A DNA stretch of 64,000 nt from Thermoplasmata archaeon (GTDB taxonomy: Archaea; Thermoplasmatota; Thermoplasmata; RBG-16-68-12; JAFNFQ01): assembly GCA_041489255.1 (NCBI GenBank), contig JBGPQV010000014.1, positions 1 to 64,000 on the forward strand. The letters run 5' to 3'. The notes beneath the pieces were generated by a model that did no database searches, was not told the origin of the DNA, and saw only the letters and a program-made list of their open reading frames with translations. This document shows positions 58,401 through 64,000 of the stretch, piece after piece. Numbering within the stretch: the stretch's first letter is position 1; each line of letters starts with the position of its first letter. Position numbers and translations under genes: made by a program.

Positions 58401-58815
58401 CACAGAAACACCAGATTCGCAGCTGATAGTCTATCTGAACTATAGCTATGGCGGAGTCACCTACGGGATTGCAGGCCCTCTTCTCGGCAATTCGACGTAC
58501 TCATGGACTGTCCCCTCGATTGAAAGAACCGATGTGAGGATCGAAGCGATAGTCATAGACTCAATGGAACAAAAGGCACGGAGTCTGACTACGGAGTTTG
58601 AGATATTCAAGGAATCTCCGGAGTTACCGCCGGTCGACGCATGGGCGGCTGCGATGCCTGTCATCGCAGTTCTGGCGGTGGCGGTTATCGGAGTATTCGC
58701 GATGGTTGTGATACTCACAGTCTTGTTGCTACGAGAAAGACGAATGAGGAAGACGATGGAGATTCAAGGAACCTCACCCCAAGGCGAGTCTCCCTCACGG
58801 AAAGATGAGCGGTAG
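55480..58815 (+). CDS. surface protein with SBBP beta-propeller repeats, Fn3-like domains and C-terminal TM
   Basis: FTENRGQV N-domain; repeated YSTFLGG..D.G..IAVD..G.AYVTG.T.S.DFPTT; C-terminal hydrophobic anchor. Confidence 0.92.
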   Translation: MLVAASLTLTAILSMPSLIQGEHKIKGVTSAFLQTSKEQVLDHAESQEGYFTENRGQVADGIRFYLKGKPAVAFRDDGVMFVAREVSSKKPTYDVSIGGIAESAVERRHAYLLRFEGANAVEPLGIGRLPFNSNFFIGKDSSTWRSDVPNYKEIIYRDLYDDIDLVYRVTQDGLKYDYVVSPGADPNVIEMSYEGIDALTWAGGYTVINTSVGEIRDSPPTCYQEDHVVSCALEVRSASSFGFSFEVYDRSRLLIIDPLVYSTFLGGSGSDGAWLPGPAVAVDDDGSAYVAGITDSQDFPTTPGAYDVNIGTSIDGFVVKMDPMGSTLVFSTFIGGQGSGGIDAIALDTAKNVYVTGTTTLANFSTTPGAYDTSYNGNADVFVTKLSSMGNSLIYSTFVGGSSYERGNSIAVDSSGCSYVTGDTVSDDFPTTPGSYDRVWDGQIGIFAYWDSFVFKLNPGGNALQYSTFLGGTNNDYGNGITLDAGNDAFVTGATSSADFPTTVGAFSRTFGGGEFDTYVTKLNPSGSNLIYSTFIGGESRDVGNSIDVDSSDNAWLTGYTWSTLFPVTPGAFDTQGNLSDAFVVKVDSSGNSLRYSTYLGGSGIGLYEDDGLSIVVDGSDGALVSGTTSSFDFPVTPDAFQATYQGGGSDAFVTRFNESGSLTFSTFVGGSGLNWDSGSSIAADRFGSFYLTGYTDSADFPTTLGAYDRTLSTADVFVFRFAFALTNPPPVASGLGVQGYSSPPEILHITDSQPLLNWTYDDEDDEPQDWYEVKVGTSRGASNLWSLVLQPGTETSVRYDGLPLSRGEYYWFSVRVNDQLNNTTSWSYWANAMFHMNSIPTPPQTPVSPSEFSVVPATKSQNVSWGNSTDPEGDLVTYEWEVARDVGFTDLASSGTTKENKSSDFATGPGTAYYWRVRSRDDYEPTSWSAFGNAPAGMWAFLTENDDLPTIEVYAPPRLKQGDTYTLTWSMDDTETPDSQLIVYLNYSYGGVTYGIAGPLLGNSTYSWTVPSIERTDVRIEAIVIDSMEQKARSLTTEFEIFKESPELPPVDAWAAAMPVIAVLAVAVIGVFAMVVILTVLLLRERRMRKTMEIQGTSPQGESPSRKDER

Positions 58816-59000
58816 CTCCCGGAGAGATGCAAGAGATCCAATCATAGAACGATCCGCGGAGGGCCTCAATCCGTACCAGACGCCTTTGGCCGCCGCTTGA
58901 GGTTGTTCCGAGCCCACCATCCTCCATTCCGGTCTCGGCTTCCATATGAATTCATTGCCTTTCCAGATGGCTGGGAGGCTACTCGGAGACTAATGCTTGA

Positions 59001-59062
59001 ACGTCTCAGCACTCATAGGGTCAATCACGATGATCAGCTGACCCTCTTCTCATCATCGACGC
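59001..59062 (-). ncRNA. box C/D sRNA, candidate tRNA-Met Cm34 guide (sR-tMet-like), copy 1
   Basis: GCGUC-G-AUGAUGA(C)-12 nt-CUGA(D')-GUGAUUGA(C')-CCCUAUGAGUG-CUGA(D)-GACGU with terminal stem; BRE/TATA CGAAAGCCGTTTAT upstream at ~59099-59086. Confidence 0.75.
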
Positions 59063-59238
59063 GAGGACCTCATCATTGCGGCGGGATAAACGGCTTTCGG
59101 CTTGCTTCCCCGCGGTGTGGCCAGCCGTCGGGTGCTCAGGAATCCGCCTTCGTCCCCCAACGACCGAGCTGGCGCATTGACCTGGCGTCCTTGACGGTTG
59201 CGAGGCTGCCGGCGATGCCGAATGCTATGATCCTACCG

Positions 59239-60165
59239 TCACCCGTTCGACAACAGCTTCTTCCGCATTCCTTCCAGCTGCTCATTGACCCTCCTTGTCT
59301 TGCTGGCGATGCCCGCCAGGGGTTCTCCGAGGATCAAACGCATCTCGTCGGCGCCTCCGATGTCAGGCATAGACCCCTTCGGAAGCTCGATGTTGTCGCG
59401 ATACCGCCCGTAGGTCTCCAGCATGAATCGAACCTTGTCGAGAATCTGCGGCACGAAATCGGAAATCACGAAGTCGAGCTTCTCGCCCATGTAGACGATG
59501 TCGACGACATCCCTGAGCTTGCGGATCTTCCTGGTCAGCGCCGCCCTGCATTTCTCGACGAATATCTCGCGCGCATCATAGCAGGGCATCTCTATCTTCG
59601 CCGAGTATTCCTTCCAGGGTTTCTCGTATAGGAAGGCGAGTTCCCCGGATTCCAGCCGCTCGACGTAGCTGTGCACATTCCTTTCTTCGACGGCGAAGAG
59701 CATCTTGTCGACCAGATTGACCTCGACCTTGATCCTGGACGGGACTCCGAGGACCTCCGAATCGTACCCGAGCCAGAGGAGGACCATCCTGCCCCCGCTG
59801 CTGATGTGCACCTCGCTCTTGTCCGACTTGTCGCCCTCGAAGCCAAAGCCCAGGTCCCCTGAGATGGACTTGACCCGCCTCAGGACCTCGTCAATTTCCT
59901 TCGAGCACCGCCGCTTAGTCTCCGACAGGCTTCTCCCTTTCCAGATCGCCGAGTCTCGCCAGGTGAAGTCCACATCCTCGGAGAAGCGGTAGTAGCCCAG
60001 GTAGGCCTTGATGAGGCACGTCCCGCCCTTGAAGGCGAGGTTCCTCCTGAGGTACGTGTCCAGGGACATGGCGTGGAGAAGCCGGTGCAGGTGGAAGTCC
60101 ATCTCAATGATGTCAGTCCTCCGCGGCTTCCCCAGGGCGTTCAGGCGCTCGAAGAAATCCTTCAT
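59239..60165 (-). CDS. type IV TA toxin, AbiEii/AbiGii nucleotidyltransferase
   Basis: LAFKGGTCLIKAY..YRFSEDVDF, EKCRAAL.R...RDVVDI. Confidence 0.93.
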   Translation of the reverse strand: MKDFFERLNALGKPRRTDIIEMDFHLHRLLHAMSLDTYLRRNLAFKGGTCLIKAYLGYYRFSEDVDFTWRDSAIWKGRSLSETKRRCSKEIDEVLRRVKSISGDLGFGFEGDKSDKSEVHISSGGRMVLLWLGYDSEVLGVPSRIKVEVNLVDKMLFAVEERNVHSYVERLESGELAFLYEKPWKEYSAKIEMPCYDAREIFVEKCRAALTRKIRKLRDVVDIVYMGEKLDFVISDFVPQILDKVRFMLETYGRYRDNIELPKGSMPDIGGADEMRLILGEPLAGIASKTRRVNEQLEGMRKKLLSNG

Positions 60166-60797
60166 GGCAGTTCTCCCATGGCCTCCCGGAATCGCATCGA
60201 GTAGCGCGCAAGGTACCTTCGGAGCTTGTCCATGTTCAACCTCTCTATGTGCTCCATGATGACGTCCCTCGGCGAACCTTTCCCCTGGCGGTGCGTCCTG
60301 TAGGCTAAGTCAAGGACGGTCTTCTCGGGATCTGAGTACGTCAGGCAGCCCTTTCGAATGGAACCGAAGCCGAAGCGGTCGGCGCTCCACTTGTGAAACT
60401 GGAACCTCGAACCGAGGATGCCTATGACCTTCGTGGTCCTGAAGGAATCGGTGACGACCGAGTCGACCACGAAGTACTCGTGCGTCAGGCCGTTGAGCTT
60501 GAGGGCGGTTTCCATGCCGAAGTACCAGCGCTTCACGCCCTTCAATTCCAGGGCTTCCGCCACCAGTTCGAAGGTCGAGCGTTCAGTGTATCCGCGTTCG
60601 CGCTCGTCCGCGCTGCGCACATAGAAGATGCCCTTGAGGATGCGGGCGATGTAGCCGTGTTCGAGCAGGTACCGGAGGCTGCGGTCCCCCTTCTTCCCCG
60701 CCTGGGCGGCGAGTTCCCTTATCTCACCCGAGGTGACAATCCTGCGCTCCTCGACGAGCAATTTGCTCCATATGGCAGGAATATTTATTTCAGTCAT
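60162..60797 (-). CDS. type IV TA antitoxin, AbiEi-like (wHTH)
   Basis: GYIARILKGIFYV, YFGMETAL..NGL, YSDPEKTVLD; ATGA overlap with the toxin. Confidence 0.88.
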   Translation of the reverse strand: MTEINIPAIWSKLLVEERRIVTSGEIRELAAQAGKKGDRSLRYLLEHGYIARILKGIFYVRSADERERGYTERSTFELVAEALELKGVKRWYFGMETALKLNGLTHEYFVVDSVVTDSFRTTKVIGILGSRFQFHKWSADRFGFGSIRKGCLTYSDPEKTVLDLAYRTHRQGKGSPRDVIMEHIERLNMDKLRRYLARYSMRFREAMGELP

Positions 60798-60825
60798 AAT
60801 GTCCCTATTATTGGGATGTTATGAC
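60793..60825. promoter_or_regulatory. inverted-repeat operator of the TA operon
   Basis: GTCATAATGTCCC-TATTATT-GGGATGTTATGAC (13-bp arms, 2 mismatches) overlapping the antitoxin start codon. Confidence 0.7.
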
Positions 60826-60920
60826 ATGAACGTATTTACGTCTTGCGTTCCGCCAATCAGCTGACGAGGACATGGAAGCCCCAATCTCAAACTCCGTGCT
60901 CACAATGACTCGACGGCAAG

Positions 60921-60981
60921 GCATCTCAGCACTCATGGGGTCAATCACGATGATCAGCTGACCCTTTCTCATCGTCGACGC
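60921..60981 (-). ncRNA. box C/D sRNA paralog, copy 2 (diverged)
   Basis: ~90% identical to 59001-59062; C box ACGAUGA; terminal stem retained (GCGUC/GAUGC); D guide CCCCAUGAGUG. Confidence 0.6.
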
Positions 60982-61189
60982 GAAGATATCATCCTCCCGC
61001 GGAGAAAAAAGCATCTCAGCAAGCTCTGCCTTTGTCGTCGCCGTCTCTCCCCTTTCTTCTTTCATATTCTAACGGCAGATGGGCCCGTGTTGAGCTTTCT
61101 ATCGCGCGATTCAACCGCAAGAGACGCTTGAATTGACGTCATCCCCCCGTCACGATTCTGACAGGCGCGGAATCCCCTCTAAGGAGTGG

Positions 61190-62035
61190 GTGACCGGGAC
61201 GGACATTTCCCCAACAGGGACGACATCCGTCCCGACTGAGACCGGAGCCCACTCTTCTGGGACTCAATCCGTCCCCGGTCTGATCGAGTGGCTTGGAGCG
61301 GGGTCGCCCTCGACCACGTGGGGACGGTGTTCGTCCCGCCCAGGACGGACGCTGTCTCAGCAGTCGCAATGGCTCACCCGACGGGGACATGATTCGTCCC
61401 AACCGGGACATTGTCTGTCCCCGCCCAAATGGGGTGGCGAGGACCGGAAAGGACCCCTCCCCGACCGGAACGGACCTCCACCCGACCGGGACTTATTCCG
61501 TTCCGATCGGGGAAATGAAAGTCCCGGAAGGGACGCCGTCCGTCCCGATCTTCTTCGGCCCGCCAACGTTCGAGGCGGGTTGACGAACGATCGCGAGAAC
61601 ATCCGCAACCGCCGAGCCGAGGTCCGCTCGGACTGGTGGAAGTCCAAGTGCGGTTGTCGGCGCTTCTGCAGCCGTCGTCCCGACATCCACCTAGATTCGC
61701 GCGACCTGCCCGAAGATGCAGGCGGGTTCCGCATCGGATCAGGAGAAGTCCATCCGAGCAGAGAGCGGGTCCGTCCGGACAGGGACCGCTTCAGTCCGAC
61801 CATTCAGAGTCGTTCCGCGGGCAATGTCCGGCTCGGTCAAGGACGATTCTGGAACGTTGGAGGAGAGGTTCGTCTGAATCGAGGAGGATTCAGGAACCGT
61901 TGGCATGTGGTCTGCAGGCATCCTCACGACCTGGACCCGGATTCGGACTGTCTCCGTGAGGATCGAGGCGGATTCCTTCCGGATGCAGGAAGGGTCGCTT
62001 CGAACGGAGGAGCAATCCGTCCGGATCGCGGCACT
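61190..62035. repeat. degenerate 21-bp tandem array (consensus ~CCGACCGGGACGNNNTCCGTC, drifting 3')
   Basis: ~40 units, e.g. at 61211, 61378, 61399, 61461, 61482, 61524; GGGAC-N7-GTCCC dyads; phase slips. Confidence 0.8.
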
Positions 62036-62249
62036 GGACATTTCGCCGAGAGACTCCCCCAGATGATTCGCCATCTCGGCGGTCGCTGGAGTCCCTGCAA
62101 GTGAACCGTACCGACGTCGTGAGTTTGGCATCGACAACCATCAGGCCACGGCCAATCGCCCTGCCGGATTGGGATTGTTGCCGCAGAGTTGCGCGTCGTC
62201 CTCCATACACAGAAAATAGAAATACAACGAAGTCGGATGAGATGCTCGC

Positions 62250-64000
62250 ATGCGAGGGGTTCGTGATCCGGGATTACGAAGGGGCATCTTCATTTCGACA
62301 TTCGTGACGCTCTCCCTGCTGAGTGCTGTGTTCTCCGAACCTTTCCCCTCGCCCGCCATGCCCGGGAAGAATCCGTCTGTTCCTGCCGCGAACCAAGCCG
62401 GACACGATGTCTTCGAAACCTTTCAGTCCATGAGCGGATACTTCATCGAGAACAGAGGACAGGTGGCGGACGGGGTTCGATACTACTCGATGGGCAACCC
62501 GTCGGTCGGAATCAGAGATGACGGCGTCATGTTCGTGATCAGGGGGCCCATCGAGAGAGAAAGCGAGGAAGGGTGGCGTGGGCCGAACGGGCCATCTGCC
62601 GTCATCGAAGAGGCGACCGCAGTGAGATCGTTCGCGTACATGCTACGCTTTGAAGGGGCCAACGAGGTCACGCCGATTGGCGTCGACCGCCTCTCGTTCA
62701 ACAGCAACTTCTTCATCGGGAGTAACTCCGACAAATGGAGGACTGATGTTCCGAACTATAGGGAGATTGTCTATGAGAACTTGTACACCGGCATCGACCT
62801 CGCTTATCTCATGACGAGAGAGGGCCCTAAGTATGAATTCAGGCTGCAACCGTACGCGGACCCGGAGATGATCCGTCAGACCTATGATGATGTCGAGACG
62901 GTGGAGGCGGGCTCAGACGGGTTGACGGTCCGCACGGGGATTGGAGACGTGCACGACTCGCGGCCGTATTCGTTTCAGGCATCAGGTACGAGCGTCGCAT
63001 GCGAATTCTCGGAAGTCGGGTCGCTCTCAATCGGATTCGTCTGCCCCGACTATGACGAGTCGAAGCCTTTGACAATCGATCCCTTGGTCTACTCGACGTT
63101 CATCGGCGGGAGCTATTCCGAAACAGGCTTCGATATCGCAACGGACTCCAACGGATATGCCTACGTGTCGGGGGAAACCGATTCGCCTGATTTTCCCGCA
63201 AAGCCTGGATCATACGACACAATCCTCAATTCTGGCGAGGACGCGTTTGTGGTGAAGCTGAGCTCAACCGGAAGCACCTTGACCTACGCCACATTCCTCG
63301 GCGGGACTGCCGGCGAAGAAGGTTATTCTATCTCAGTCGACTCCACTGGGAATGCATTCGTGTCGGGTAGCACCTACTCCTCTGACTTCCCTACGACTCC
63401 CGGTGCCGTTGACACGGTGTATGGCGGTGACTTGGATGTGTACGTCACGAAATTGAATCCGGCCGGCAACGCACTGATTTACTCTACATATCTGGGCGGT
63501 AGCAGCGGCAACAATGGACTTGGCAGCGCTGTCGATTCGAGCGGTAACGCCTATATCGTCGGCTCCACGAATTCCGTTGATTTCCCTGTGACGCCGGGCG
63601 CCTACGACACCTCCCCCAACGGACTCAGAGATGCGTTTCTGGTCAAGCTGAACCCCACCGGCAGCGCCCGAGTATATTCCACCCTCATCGGGGGACTCTA
63701 CGAAGATGGGGGATGGGACGTCTACGTGGACGCCAATCGTAACGCCTATGTCGTCGGCGAGACGGTTTCGGACAACTTCCCGACAACTCCTGGCGCCTAC
63801 GATCGCATATACGCCGGGTATCGTGATACGTTCGTTCTGAAATTGAACGACATGGGTACCGCGCTAATCTACTCGACTCTGCTCGGCGGAAGGCTGGACG
63901 ACGTAGGTGTAGGCATCTCTGTTGACAGCATCGGCAATGCCTATGTGACCGGCATCACCTTGTCACCGGATTTCCCTGCGACGCCAGACGCATTCGACAA
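62250..64000 (+). CDS. SBBP beta-propeller surface protein, paralog of 55480..58815 (partial, runs off the window)
   Basis: MRGVRDPGLRRGIFISTFVTLSLLSAVFS signal; YFIENRGQVADG; IDPLVYSTFIGG repeats; absent from the ORF track because there is no stop in the window. Confidence 0.9.
   Translation, partial: MRGVRDPGLRRGIFISTFVTLSLLSAVFSEPFPSPAMPGKNPSVPAANQAGHDVFETFQSMSGYFIENRGQVADGVRYYSMGNPSVGIRDDGVMFVIRGPIERESEEGWRGPNGPSAVIEEATAVRSFAYMLRFEGANEVTPIGVDRLSFNSNFFIGSNSDKWRTDVPNYREIVYENLYTGIDLAYLMTREGPKYEFRLQPYADPEMIRQTYDDVETVEAGSDGLTVRTGIGDVHDSRPYSFQASGTSVACEFSEVGSLSIGFVCPDYDESKPLTIDPLVYSTFIGGSYSETGFDIATDSNGYAYVSGETDSPDFPAKPGSYDTILNSGEDAFVVKLSSTGSTLTYATFLGGTAGEEGYSISVDSTGNAFVSGSTYSSDFPTTPGAVDTVYGGDLDVYVTKLNPAGNALIYSTYLGGSSGNNGLGSAVDSSGNAYIVGSTNSVDFPVTPGAYDTSPNGLRDAFLVKLNPTGSARVYSTLIGGLYEDGGWDVYVDANRNAYVVGETVSDNFPTTPGAYDRIYAGYRDTFVLKLNDMGTALIYSTLLGGRLDDVGVGISVDSIGNAYVTGITLSPDFPATPDAFD

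Noticed and set aside
60808-61065. 85-aa ORF upstream of the antitoxin
   Set aside because: It overlaps sRNA copy 2, and the paralogous copy differs by a 1-nt indel, which argues against coding.
61133-62104. 323-aa ORF over array 2
   Set aside because: TTG start, heptad phase changes along the frame and low-complexity composition; treated as a by-product of the repeat.

Overview
GC-rich archaeal chromosome segment, most likely Thermoplasmata. This is inferred from archaeal DnaG, GINS, AlaX-M, a LonB-type ATPase, THI4, leaderless and BRE/TATA starts, and large secreted Ig/beta-helix/SBBP proteins. Housekeeping and transport genes surround two accessory insertions, and both are bounded by duplicated non-coding RNA sequence rather than tRNA. 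(1) An ~11.7 kb capsid-less integrative element (7263-18943) is inserted into the 3' end of the RNase P RNA gene (rnpB, 18920-19278, minus strand), with an exact 24-bp direct repeat at its ends. It carries a tyrosine integrase, a serine resolvase, a ParB-domain protein, an SF3-like helicase with an internal iteron cluster, an RHH repressor, an unannotated Sm/Hfq-like ORF, several Zn-finger microproteins and a stand-alone Topo VI-A/Spo11-like protein. (2) A type IV (AbiEi/AbiEii) toxin-antitoxin pair is flanked by two copies of a ~61-nt box C/D sRNA, whose D guide fits the C34 position of tRNA-Met(CAU). Also notable are two intergenic arrays of degenerate, internally palindromic 21-bp units, and a ~160-aa C-terminal domain shared by three unrelated secreted proteins. 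All calls come from reading motifs by eye; no database searches were run.
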